A stretch of DNA of 24,726 bases. Origin: Planctomycetota bacterium. Its GTDB lineage: Bacteria > Planctomycetota > MHYJ01 > WSZJ01. The notes beneath the pieces are model-generated. The model was not told the DNA's origin. It did no database searches and saw only the letters and a program-made list of their open reading frames with translations. The first letter of the stretch is position 1; each line of letters starts with the position of its first letter. The stretch lies in contig JBBTCT010000047.1 of assembly GCA_038060895.1 (NCBI GenBank), positions 1 to 24,726 of the forward strand. Reading direction: 5' to 3'. This document shows positions 1 through 8,783 of the stretch, one piece after another. Made by a program: the position numbers and the translations under genes.

Positions 1-83
1 CCCGCCCGCCCGCCCGCCCGCCCGCTCGCCCGCCCGCCCGCTCGCCCGCCCGCTCGCCCGCCCGCCCGCTCGCCCGCCCGCTC
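1..83. repeat. Tandem 4-mer repeat (CCCG/CTCG)n, about 20 units, truncated by the window edge
   Basis: Read directly: cccgcccgcc...ctcgcccgcccg. Confidence 0.9.
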
Positions 84-96
84 CTCCGTTCCCGTC

Positions 97-126
97 TTGA
101 CGCCCTCCCGGCACACGCGCTACGAT
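97..126 (+). promoter_or_regulatory. Putative sigma70 promoter for the HD-ybeY operon
   Basis: TTGACG (97-102), 18-nt spacer, TACGAT (121-126). AGGA precedes ATG 157. Confidence 0.55.
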
Positions 127-156
127 CACTTGGTTCCCCACAGTTAGGACAAAGTT

Positions 157-1734
157 ATGTGGCCGTGGCGGTCCAAGCCGCGCCGCTTTTCCCTGACACG
201 CCAGGGTCCCTCGCTCCCGGTCGAGAACATGGAGCGCGGCCCAATCGCGTTCAATGTGCTGGCAGGGACTCTGTTTACGCTCGGCACGGTGGCGATCCTC
301 TCCTGGACGCCGCTTCGTCCTTCCACCGGAACCTTCCGCCCGATTGACGCCGGGCAGGTCTGGCTCCGCCTCGCCGGTCACCTCATCCTTGCCGGCCTCG
401 CCGCCGCAGTCACCGCGCTCGCCCTCTCGTACCTGGCCCCGACCCTTCGCCGCCGCCCAGGCGGCCTCTTTGCCTGGGGTTTCACCCTGGTCGCCCTCTT
501 CGCCTCCGTCCGCGTCTTCGAGGCCGCCGGGTGGCCGCTCGAACTCGTTCCCGTCACCCTGGCGGGCATGATCCTCGCCATCGGCCTGGGCCCGGGGCTC
601 GCCTTCGCCAACATCCTCGCCTTCACTCTTCTCGCCCGCCTCACCGGCATTCTGACGGGGGACGAATACCACGCCGTCCTCGCGCTCTTCCCCGGCTCCG
701 TCATAGCCGTCTTCGGCATGCGCACCCTGCGCCGCCGCTCCCGCGCCCTCAACGTCGGACTCCTCGCCGGCCTCGTCCACGCCGCCGGCCTCATCGGCAT
801 CCACCTCGTCATCGCCGGCGACCTCTCCATGCGCGAACACCTCGACTTCGTCCAGAAAGACGCCGCCCGCGGTTTTCTCAACGGAGTTGCCACCGCCTTC
901 GTCGTGACCGGCCTCCTCCCGTTCCTTGAACGCGCGTTCAAAATCACGACAGAACTCTCGCTCCTCGAGCTCGCTGATTTCAACCAGCCGCTCCTGAAAA
1001 AACTGTCCCTCGAAGCGCCCGGCACCCACTACCACAGCGTGCGGGTTTCGGAGCTTTCGGAAGCGGCGGTTGCGGAGATTGGCGGCAATGCGCTTCTGGC
1101 CCGCGTCGGATGCCTCTATCACGACATCGGCAAGACCAACAAACCCGAGTATTTCGTCGAGAACGACCCGCAGGCGGGCGCCCGCCACAAGAACCTCTCC
1201 CCCGCCATGTCCACGCTCATCATCAAGGCCCACGTGAAGGACGGCGTCGAAATGGCCGAGTACTACGGGCTCCCCCAGGAGGTCCTCGACTTCATTACGT
1301 CGCATCACGGCACCATGATGATCGAGTTCTTCTACGCGCAGGCGGTGGCACAGGCGGGGGAAGCCGGATCCTCCGAGTCCGTCGATGCGGAGTCATTCCG
1401 GTACGCCGGGCCGAAACCGCAGACCCGCGAAACCGCCGTGGCCATGATCGCCGACGGCGTCGAGGCCGCGGCGCGGACCCTCTCCGAGCCGACCCCCGCG
1501 AGGCTCGAGGGACTGGTGCGCGACATTGCGATGAAGCGCCTGAACGACGGGCAGTTGAACCAGTGCAACCTGACGATGCAGGAGCTGGAGACGGTCATGG
1601 CTTCGTTCGTGCGCACGCTCGTCAGCATCTACCACTCGCGCGTCCGCTACCCGAACCAGAAGCCCGACACTGACCTCGAACAGGTCATGCGCCGCCATAC
1701 CTCCAGGCACCCGCGGGTCGCGGAGCGCCCTTGA
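157..1734 (+). CDS. Membrane HD-family phosphohydrolase (7TM-HD, PgpH/YqfF-like; possible cyclic-di-AMP phosphodiesterase)
   Basis: Multiple TM helices followed by HD-domain motifs APGTHYHS, YHDIGK, HVKDG, HHGT, FRYAGPKP and MIADGVEAAAR. It lies next to ybeY, a conserved arrangement. Confidence 0.88.
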   Translation: MWPWRSKPRRFSLTRQGPSLPVENMERGPIAFNVLAGTLFTLGTVAILSWTPLRPSTGTFRPIDAGQVWLRLAGHLILAGLAAAVTALALSYLAPTLRRRPGGLFAWGFTLVALFASVRVFEAAGWPLELVPVTLAGMILAIGLGPGLAFANILAFTLLARLTGILTGDEYHAVLALFPGSVIAVFGMRTLRRRSRALNVGLLAGLVHAAGLIGIHLVIAGDLSMREHLDFVQKDAARGFLNGVATAFVVTGLLPFLERAFKITTELSLLELADFNQPLLKKLSLEAPGTHYHSVRVSELSEAAVAEIGGNALLARVGCLYHDIGKTNKPEYFVENDPQAGARHKNLSPAMSTLIIKAHVKDGVEMAEYYGLPQEVLDFITSHHGTMMIEFFYAQAVAQAGEAGSSESVDAESFRYAGPKPQTRETAVAMIADGVEAAARTLSEPTPARLEGLVRDIAMKRLNDGQLNQCNLTMQELETVMASFVRTLVSIYHSRVRYPNQKPDTDLEQVMRRHTSRHPRVAERP

Positions 1735-2141
1735 AGCGGCAGGTTCGGGTGTTCGGGACGTCAAGCCGGCGCCTCCGTTCGCTGCTCGCCGCCGCAGCGC
1801 GCGCCGCAGGCCCGCTGAAGGGTCCCGTAGAGATCCACCTCGTCACCGACAACGCGATCCGCCGCGTCAATCGCGACCGCCTCGGCCACGACTGGGCCAC
1901 GGATGTCTGCACTTTCCCGATGGAGGAGAGGTTCCTCTGGGGAGAACTCGTGGTCAGCGTGCAAACGGCGAAGCGCGAGGCCCGGGAGCGCGGAATTTCA
2001 TTCGAGCGCGAGCTGGCTCTCTATGTCGTTCACGGCGTCCTGCACCTGCGCGGCCATGACGACCGAACCGACGCGGGGCGCAATCGCATGAGAACCGCTG
2101 AGACCCGATGCCTTGCGAAGCTGTTTAAGCCCATGGCATGA
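1731..2141 (+). CDS. ybeY: rRNA maturation endoribonuclease YbeY
   Basis: Motifs NRDRLGHDWATDVCTF, GELVVS and VHGVLHLRGHDD. The TTG start overlaps the upstream stop (TTGA). Confidence 0.9.
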   Translation: MKRQVRVFGTSSRRLRSLLAAAARAAGPLKGPVEIHLVTDNAIRRVNRDRLGHDWATDVCTFPMEERFLWGELVVSVQTAKREARERGISFERELALYVVHGVLHLRGHDDRTDAGRNRMRTAETRCLAKLFKPMA

Positions 2142-2172
2142 AAAAGGGCCACCGCCGAAGCGATGGCCCTTC
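2141..2172 (-). terminator. Intrinsic terminator hairpin between convergent genes
   Basis: aagggcca-ccgc-cgaa-gcga-tggccctt, with an A-run on the left that reads as a U-run on the minus strand. Confidence 0.65.
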
Positions 2173-2219
2173 GCATGTCCGGTCGTGACTACCCACGACT
2201 CCCGATTCAAGACTCCCGC

Positions 2220-2711
2220 CTACTTCGGATTCTTCGGCACCTCAGGCACTTGAATCGCTTCCAGCTGCTTGATCGACTGGTCCAGCGCGTCGCGCTGCGT
2301 CTTCAACTGCTGCACCAGCGTGACCGTCATCCCCTGCAGCTCGGTCAGCACCTTCATGACCTCGTCCTTGTTCGCCATGTTCACGACGTCCACGCGCCCC
2401 TTGATCTCCTCCAGCTGCTTCTCCAGCACCGCCAGCTTCTTGTCCACGTCGTCCAGCGTCTTCAGGCGTGACTCCGCGATCTGCTGCGTCGTCCAGTTCC
2501 GCGGCGCTCCGTTCGACTCCAGGTCGTAAACGCGCTTCCCCAGATCCTTGTCCAGGTCCTTCTTGAGATTCGAGGACGACTGGTCGGTGTAGGACTGGCT
2601 CTCCTGCTTCGCCACCGCCAACTGCTCGTCAAGGTTCGACTGGCTGATCCCGCATCCCGGGAGCGACACCGCCAGCGCAAGGATGCCGAGAAGAACGATT
2701 GTCTGCTTCAT
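2220..2711 (-). CDS. Coiled-coil lipoprotein, hypothetical (163 aa)
   Basis: Start moved to ATG 2711 (MKQTIVLLG...) with a GGAGG RBS. Lipobox LPGC, then a heptad-rich helical body. Confidence 0.75.
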   Translation of the reverse strand: MKQTIVLLGILALAVSLPGCGISQSNLDEQLAVAKQESQSYTDQSSSNLKKDLDKDLGKRVYDLESNGAPRNWTTQQIAESRLKTLDDVDKKLAVLEKQLEEIKGRVDVVNMANKDEVMKVLTELQGMTVTLVQQLKTQRDALDQSIKQLEAIQVPEVPKNPK

Positions 2712-2810
2712 GTTCCCTCCAAGTGAATGAGCGCGACCGATTTGAAGCGGAGAAATTACCATCGCGCGCGCTTCATGGGGAGTCAAATCCGCCCCCCGCG
2801 CCCCTTCGCA

Positions 2811-5315
2811 CTACGGCGGTGTCCAAATCAGGCGAAACCCCGCTTCGAGTGCGTCGGCGCCCATTCCCGGGGTCCGGTTCGTCAGAAGAGCTCCCTTTTC
2901 CGGCGAGTCGTACCGCCCACCGCGGAGCGTTTTCACGTTCTTGTAGATCGGCTTGGAGGTGTCGTAATCGGACGTCGTCCATTCCATCACGTTGCCGGCC
3001 ATGTCGAAGCATCCGTACGGGCTCACGTCGCCGGCCATCGTTGCGGGAAAGAGCGGCACGGGAGAGCGCTTCGCCACATTCGCTTTCCCGGCTTCGAACT
3101 CGTTCCCCCAGGGGTACAGGCGTCCGTCGACGCCGCGGGAGGCTTTCTCCCATTCTTCCTCGGTGGGGAGCCTCCAGCCCGGCCCTTTCCATTTCGCGTA
3201 CTCGAGCACGTCGGCGAACGCGGCGCCGCGCATGGGAAGTCCGCCCTGGCCGTCCGGTGGCTTCGGCCCCGACCACGATTTCGGTGAGGCGACTTCCTTC
3301 CCCGCAGCTTTCGCCGCCGCGAGAAATGCCGCCCATTCGTCGCACGTCGCTTCGCGCGGCTGGATCCAGAAGGAAGCGGCTTCCTTCTCCGCGATGGGCT
3401 CGCCGCAAAGGAATTTCCCGCCGGCGACGTAAACCACGTCCTTCGGGATCGCGTTGGCCACACGGTCCCGGCCGGCCTGCGCCTCCTTGTTCGTCGCCGT
3501 GTAACCCAGCGCGATTTCGAATTCCGCCTTTGCCTCCGCCAGCTTCTTCTCGCCCTCGAGCCGCACGGCGATCAGCAGGTGCTTGTCGGCCGCATCGGCC
3601 TTGCGCTTCTCGATCTGGGGCACCAGCGCGGTGAGCTGGTCAGAGCTCGCAATGGAAGCGAGGTCCTTGTACTTCTCGAGCGCGATCTCCGGGTCCGACG
3701 CTTCCGCGGCCTCCCGGAGGAGGGTGGAGTAACGATCGACGGATGCGAGGCGGGCCCGCGCGTCGCCGAGGCGCGCCTCGGCATCGGAAAGGCCCTCGAG
3801 TGCGTACTTCTTGCCAAGCTCAGCGGCCTTTTCCAGCAGGGCAATGGAGTCCTTCACCTCCTTGGCGTCGCGGGCGTCCTTGAGCAAGGCATCGAACTGG
3901 GCCTTCGCTTCAGATCTCTCCTTTTCGCGGGCCACCTTCTCCTCGGCGACCTTCACCTTGGCCTCGATCCCCGCAATCATCGAGGACTCCGGGTCGGCCA
4001 TCCTCGCTTCCTCGAGAAGCTGCCTCGCAACGAGTGCCTCGCCTGCATCCGCGCGACGCGCCGCCTCCGCAAGCTTCTCCTGCGCCTCCTGCCGCTTCGC
4101 CGCCTTCGGGTCGTCCGGCGTCGGCAGGCGGTCCGGTCCGGTCCCCGTGCCCGGCTCGGGCTTCGGTCCCTGCTGCTCGTACCCCTTCGACCACTTCGCC
4201 CAGTGCGCCTTCAGGTTTCCGACGAAGTCCCGTTTCACGCCGTCCGGCGGAACGAGCCCGAACGCTGCAACTCCGCCTGCGATCGCCAGCAACAGCAGCA
4301 TGGAGAAGATCGGAGCCTTCGACTTCTTGCGGACAATCGTTACGCCCGTCGAGTTGATGTTCTTGCGCTCGACCGCCGTGTGGTCGCCCATCGAGATCCG
4401 CGGACGCTTCCCGCCCAGGAACGCCTCGATGTCCTCGAGAAGCGCTTCCGGCGACTGGTAACGCTCCTCGGGAAGTTTTCCGAGGCACTTCAGAACGATC
4501 GAGTCGAGCTCGCGCGACACCTTCGGGTCGTACGAGCTCGGCGCCGGAGGCTCGTCGTAGATGTGCTTCGACAGGAGGCTGATGGCGGTGTCGCCCTCGA
4601 AAGGGGTCCTGCCTGTCGCGAGCTGGAACATCATCACGCCGAGTGAGTAGATGTCGCTGCGGATGTCGGCGGGCTTGCCTTGCGCCTGCTCGGGGCTGAT
4701 GTACTTGGGCGTGCCCATCACGGTCCCGGGCAGCGTCTTCTCGTTGTCTTCTTTCTTGAGCTTGGCGAGCCCGAAGTCCATGACCTTGATTTTCACGTTC
4801 CGGAAATTCGTGAAGAGCACGCTGGAGCCGTGCTTGCGGGTTTCCGCGTACGGCATCATGGGTTCCGGGGAACCGCCGGTCTGGACGAGGATGTTCGACG
4901 GCTTGATATCGCGGTGGACGATTTTTTCCGGCGAATTCCACGCGGCGCGGAGGGCCTTGGCGACCGCGAGTCCGATCACGCAGACCTCGGGCTCCTCGAA
5001 CTTCCGTCCCTTGTCGACGAACTTCTGGAGCGTCGCACCCTCGACGTATTCCATCGCAAACCACTGCGCGCCCTCGTGCTCGCCGGCGCCGTAGACCTGG
5101 ATGATGTGGTCGCTCTGAATAGAGGCCAGGCATTGGGCCTCGCGCCGGAAGCGCGTGACGAAATCCGACTCCTTGGTCATGTCCGCGTTCAGGAACTTGA
5201 TCGCGACCTGGCGGTTGAGGGAGCGCTGGCGGCCGAGGTAGACCTTCCCCCAGCCTCCCTTTCCCAGGAGTTTGTCGGTGAAGACGTCGAAATCGCCGAT
5301 GGCGATGACGGCCAG
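2811..5315 (-). CDS. Hanks-type Ser/Thr protein kinase with TM helix, helical/TPR-like region and C-terminal FGE-sulfatase (SUMF1-like) domain
   Basis: Kinase motifs GKGGWG, VAIK, HRDIKPSN, DFG, GTPKYISPE and DIYSLG. TM segment IFSMLLLLAIAGGVAAFGLV. FGE motifs RLPTEEEWEKASRG, YPWG, DMAGNVMEW and GFR. Start is probably CTG 5315 (GGAG RBS); the ORF track starts at 5474. Confidence 0.9.
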   Translation of the reverse strand: MAVIAIGDFDVFTDKLLGKGGWGKVYLGRQRSLNRQVAIKFLNADMTKESDFVTRFRREAQCLASIQSDHIIQVYGAGEHEGAQWFAMEYVEGATLQKFVDKGRKFEEPEVCVIGLAVAKALRAAWNSPEKIVHRDIKPSNILVQTGGSPEPMMPYAETRKHGSSVLFTNFRNVKIKVMDFGLAKLKKEDNEKTLPGTVMGTPKYISPEQAQGKPADIRSDIYSLGVMMFQLATGRTPFEGDTAISLLSKHIYDEPPAPSSYDPKVSRELDSIVLKCLGKLPEERYQSPEALLEDIEAFLGGKRPRISMGDHTAVERKNINSTGVTIVRKKSKAPIFSMLLLLAIAGGVAAFGLVPPDGVKRDFVGNLKAHWAKWSKGYEQQGPKPEPGTGTGPDRLPTPDDPKAAKRQEAQEKLAEAARRADAGEALVARQLLEEARMADPESSMIAGIEAKVKVAEEKVAREKERSEAKAQFDALLKDARDAKEVKDSIALLEKAAELGKKYALEGLSDAEARLGDARARLASVDRYSTLLREAAEASDPEIALEKYKDLASIASSDQLTALVPQIEKRKADAADKHLLIAVRLEGEKKLAEAKAEFEIALGYTATNKEAQAGRDRVANAIPKDVVYVAGGKFLCGEPIAEKEAASFWIQPREATCDEWAAFLAAAKAAGKEVASPKSWSGPKPPDGQGGLPMRGAAFADVLEYAKWKGPGWRLPTEEEWEKASRGVDGRLYPWGNEFEAGKANVAKRSPVPLFPATMAGDVSPYGCFDMAGNVMEWTTSDYDTSKPIYKNVKTLRGGRYDSPEKGALLTNRTPGMGADALEAGFRLIWTPP

Positions 5316-5443
5316 GGGAATGCTCCGATGCGGACGGTGGATTCTATTGGAAGGGGTTCGAAGCGGGAAGCGTGGTGAGAACGTGAGCAACAATCGCCCC
5401 ACGGCGTGCGGCACGGGCCCATCCGGCGCGAAAGTCATGCAGA

Positions 5444-5567
5444 GAGAGCGCGTGACAAAATCGAGCGCCATCACGCGATCGGGCCTCGCAACCCGCCGTC
5501 GTAAGGGCTCGACGGCGGGGCGCGAGTCCCGATCGCGCGCCGTCGCTCGCTTTTTTCACGCGCTCTC
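5444..5567. repeat. 124-nt imperfect palindrome (58-nt arms, 8-nt loop)
   Basis: 5444-5501 against the reverse complement of 5510-5567 gives 49/58 matches by hand. Confidence 0.85.
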
Positions 5568-5647
5568 GAAAACGGCACGAGGAAACCGGGCTTGCCTTCA
5601 GGAGGTCACGCGAAAAGCAAAGACGTTCGCATAGAACGCCGTTTTCC

Positions 5648-5770
5648 CTCTGAGCGTGAAAAAAATCCTCGTGGGCCGGGCGGAGTCGGCCCCTCCATCG
5701 GCAAACCGAACATCAACCGGCACTGGGCCGACGCAGCCTGGACCGCGAGGATTTTTTCTCACGCTCAGAG
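5648..5770. repeat. 123-nt imperfect palindrome (~46-nt arms) with termini related to the 5444-5567 element
   Basis: ctctgagcgtgaaaaaaatcctcgtgggcc... pairs with ...ggaccgcgaggattttttctcacgctcagag. Confidence 0.85.
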
Positions 5771-5771
5771 A

Positions 5772-6356
5772 TCACAATCGGGGCTGTCCTGGCGCGCCGG
5801 TCGCCAGCTCGATCAGATCGTCGAGACTCGAACCGTCGCGCGGCGAGCTCGCCCGGAGCGATTCTCGCGTCGCAGCGTCCGCGGTCGTCAGCGAGCGGAA
5901 GACTTCTGCGGCCTGGCGACGCACGTCGGCGTGGCGCGCGGGATTGCGGATCGTGCGTTCAATTCCTGGAAGGGCCTCCTTGAGCTGCAGGGTGTGTGCG
6001 ACGGCGAGCCAGCCGGAGGCGTCGTCGTCGCCGGTCGCGCGATCGAGGCCCTCGAGCACGTCGCCCCACCAGCCGATGGCGATGCCGAGGACGGCGCGCT
6101 GGTCGCCTGTGGCGAGGCGCCAGGCCGGCTCGAATCGCGCGCGCCCTTCGTCCCGGCCCGACAGCCGGCAGAACGCGGCCGCGGCGATCCGGCGCAGCGC
6201 CGGAGGGCGCTTTTCGTCAACCAGCAGCGCCGCCACCGATTCGCGGGCGCCCTTCGCGTCCGCCGCGACCGCCAGCGAAATGGCCTCGATGACGTCGCGT
6301 GACCGGAGCATCGGGTCGGCGATCCGCGCGGCGAGGAACTCCTCTTCCGGGGTCAT
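5772..6356 (-). CDS. Hypothetical alpha-helical, HEAT/ARM-like protein (194 aa)
   Basis: Start ATG 6356 (MTPEEEFLAA...) is coupled by TGATG to the upstream ORF. HEAT-like segments PPALRRIAAAAF and ADVRRQAAEVF. Confidence 0.6.
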   Translation of the reverse strand: MTPEEEFLAARIADPMLRSRDVIEAISLAVAADAKGARESVAALLVDEKRPPALRRIAAAAFCRLSGRDEGRARFEPAWRLATGDQRAVLGIAIGWWGDVLEGLDRATGDDDASGWLAVAHTLQLKEALPGIERTIRNPARHADVRRQAAEVFRSLTTADAATRESLRASSPRDGSSLDDLIELATGAPGQPRL

Positions 6357-6574
6357 CAACCCTCGCACACCTGGCGCGGGAAGGACTCGATCAGCCGGAT
6401 CGCTTCGGTGCGCATCATTCCGCTGCGCTCCTCGTCGCGGGCGATGGGCGCGAGGACGAGAACGGTTTCGGGCCGCGTGATGGCGTGAATGGCGTCCATC
6501 CAGGGGAGGAGTTCGGCGTCGGTGACGCCGGGGGTCTCGAGGAGGGCCTCGAAGGGCCAGCGGTCGTGGGGCAC
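6356..6574 (-). CDS. Small hypothetical protein (72 aa), HEAT-like, probably leaderless
   Basis: GTG lies 6 nt after TACAAT (6586-6581). Its stop overlaps the next ATG. Confidence 0.5.
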   Translation of the reverse strand: MPHDRWPFEALLETPGVTDAELLPWMDAIHAITRPETVLVLAPIARDEERSGMMRTEAIRLIESFPRQVCEG

Positions 6575-6591
6575 GCGTGAATTGTAGTTCA

Positions 6592-6702
6592 GGGAGCAGG
6601 AGGTAGGGAGTAGGGGGTAGGAACGGCAAAAAAACGGCCTCCCATAACCGGGAGGCCGGACTTGATGAGGACGTCACTACCAACTACCTCCTACCGACTC
6701 CC
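6592..6702. repeat. Heptamer-periodic G-rich arm / C-rich arm inverted repeat enclosing a terminator
   Basis: ggtagggagtagggggtaggaacg ... cgtcactaccaactacctcctaccgactccc. Shares exact 18-nt and 14-nt words with 20852-20944. Confidence 0.75.
6628..6658 (-). terminator. Intrinsic terminator of the VWA gene
   Basis: cggcctccc-ataacc-gggaggccg stem followed by U7 on the minus strand. Confidence 0.8.
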
Positions 6703-8592
6703 AACTGCCTTTGCAAAGGCCTCCATCAAGCGCACGAACTCCGCACGGTCCCCGGCGGGATCGTTTCCCAGCCCGCCTTTCGCGAGTTCTACCACGAGTC
6801 CCCAATTCGCCCCTTCCTTCAACTCAGAGCCGCGCAGCAGCATGCCGGACATCGCCACGGCCGTCGCGAACTCGAAGTCGTCGGAAGCGGCGGCGGCGGA
6901 CTCCCTGAACGGGATTTCGATCTTGTCGCTGGTGTCGCCTTCGGGCTGTTTGAAGCGCAGCTTGACGGTGAGCAACTCGTCGGACGCGGAAGCAGGACTC
7001 GCCGCGGGCGGCCGGTACTTGAGCGGGTCCACGGCGATCGCGCCGTCGTCCACCCCGACCGGGATGACCTCGTACATCGCCGTCACCTGGTGCCCCGCGC
7101 CGATCTCACCGGCGTCCTTCTTGTCGTCGTTGAAGTCGCGCGCGGCCAGCATCCGCGTTTCGTAACCGATCAGCCGGTAGCCGGCGACTTTTCCCGGGTT
7201 GAACTCAACCTGGATCTTCACGTCCTTCGCGATCGTCATCAGCGTGCCCGTCATCTGCCGCACCAGCACTTTGTGCGCTTCGTCTATCGAGTCAATGTAG
7301 GCCGCGTTCCCGTTCCCCTTTTCGGCCAGCTGCTGCATCTTCGCGTCCTGGTAATTCCCCATCCCGAACCCGAGGACGCTCAGGAACACGCCGGAAGACC
7401 TCTTCTGCTCGATCAGCGTCCCGAGATCCGCTTCCCGCGACACGCCGACGTTCCAATCGCCGTCCGTGCAGAGGATCACGCGATTGATCCCGCCCTTCAC
7501 GAAATTCTCCAGCGCCACTTTGTACGCGAGCTGGATCCCGGCCCCGCCGTTCGTGGAGCCGCCGGCGGACAGCCGGTCAATGGCCTGCTCGATCGCCGCC
7601 CGGTCCGCTCCGCTGGTGGACGGAAGAGCCAGCCCGGAGTTCCCCGCGTACACGACCATGGACACGCGGTCCTGCGCCCGCAACCGCTTCGCCAGCATGC
7701 GCAGCGAGTCCTTTACGAGCGGGAGCTTCTCTGAGGATTCCATCGACCCCGACACGTCTACGAGGAACACCAGGTTCGCAGGGGGCGCCAGCGCGAAGTC
7801 GACGTCTCTTCCGCGCAGCCCGATGCGCACGAGCCGGTGTTTTGTTGCCCACGGCGCGGCTTGCGACTCGACCGCGACCGAGAACGGCTTGCCGTCGGAA
7901 GGCGGCGCGTAGTCATACCTGAAGTAATTCAGCATTTCCTCGATCCGCACCGCGTCCTTCGGCGGCTGCTGGCCGCGCTGCAGGAAACGGCGGATGTTCG
8001 AGTACGAAGCGGTATCGACGTCGATCGAGAAAGTCGAGAGCGGATCCTCCGTGGCGCGCTTGAACTGGTTGTCCTCGTACTGCGCGTACTTTTCGGAGCC
8101 GGAGGAAGGGTCGTGAGAATCGGCGCCGGCCCCAACTCCGGCCTGCCGGGCTACCAGGTTCCGCCGCCCGCCGGCTTGTCTGCCGAACTGGGCGACGCCA
8201 CCACCGTTACCGATGCCAACCGAACCGTTGACTGCAGGGACCGATTGGCGCCCCCGGGCGCCGCCTTCGCCGGGCATCGCAGATAGGAACTCCTCGCTGT
8301 CCCCGCGCTCGTTCTGATCGCGTTCTTCGGCTCCGGGGAAGACGATCGAGGGATCGGCACCTGTATCGCCCGGTAGCGGAAGCCCCCTGCGTTCGAAGAC
8401 GTCGCGCGGCCGCTCCAGGTCAATCCGGGGCTCGGACCTCGCGCAGAGCGGAATGATGCACGACTCGACCGCAACATCGACGGCGCGCTCGCTGAACGTC
8501 GCGACCATCGCGACCGCAAGGACCGTCAAGTGCACGCTCGTCGCCACGGTCAGCGGCCAGGTCGCCGCAACGGCCCGAAGAAAGCGCTTCAT
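6691..8592 (-). CDS. YfbK-like von Willebrand factor A domain protein with N-terminal membrane anchor
   Basis: PLSTFSIDVDTASY, VRIEEMLNYF, MIDAS motif DVSGSM, GSTNGG, ILCTDGD, IAKDVKIQVEFNP and DAGEIGAGH. Start moved to ATG 8592 (GGGAG RBS). Confidence 0.9.
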   Translation of the reverse strand: MKRFLRAVAATWPLTVATSVHLTVLAVAMVATFSERAVDVAVESCIIPLCARSEPRIDLERPRDVFERRGLPLPGDTGADPSIVFPGAEERDQNERGDSEEFLSAMPGEGGARGRQSVPAVNGSVGIGNGGGVAQFGRQAGGRRNLVARQAGVGAGADSHDPSSGSEKYAQYEDNQFKRATEDPLSTFSIDVDTASYSNIRRFLQRGQQPPKDAVRIEEMLNYFRYDYAPPSDGKPFSVAVESQAAPWATKHRLVRIGLRGRDVDFALAPPANLVFLVDVSGSMESSEKLPLVKDSLRMLAKRLRAQDRVSMVVYAGNSGLALPSTSGADRAAIEQAIDRLSAGGSTNGGAGIQLAYKVALENFVKGGINRVILCTDGDWNVGVSREADLGTLIEQKRSSGVFLSVLGFGMGNYQDAKMQQLAEKGNGNAAYIDSIDEAHKVLVRQMTGTLMTIAKDVKIQVEFNPGKVAGYRLIGYETRMLAARDFNDDKKDAGEIGAGHQVTAMYEVIPVGVDDGAIAVDPLKYRPPAASPASASDELLTVKLRFKQPEGDTSDKIEIPFRESAAAASDDFEFATAVAMSGMLLRGSELKEGANWGLVVELAKGGLGNDPAGDRAEFVRLMEAFAKAVGSR

Positions 8593-8783
8593 GGAGAATC
8601 CCTCCCGCTCGAGCGCCCGGCGGTTGCTCCTCAGCGAACCATTCGCTGAAGAGCCACCGGCGCGGCGCATGCGGGGGATGGGAACGGAAGAAGACGCCCG
8701 CGGGATCGGGAGAAATTCTGAATTGCTGCCCGTCCTGCTCCCTGCTCAAGACTCAACGCTCAAAACTCCCTCCTCGCTTGGCG

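Noticed and set aside
2030-2063. YbeY third His replaced (HGVLHLRGHDD) as a sign of inactivation
   Set aside because: A DD ending is, to my knowledge, a common natural YbeY variant. The rest of the protein is intact.
5444-5770. Integron attC sites
   Set aside because: No RYYYAAC...GTTRRRY ends, no cassette ORF between the palindromes, and no integrase.
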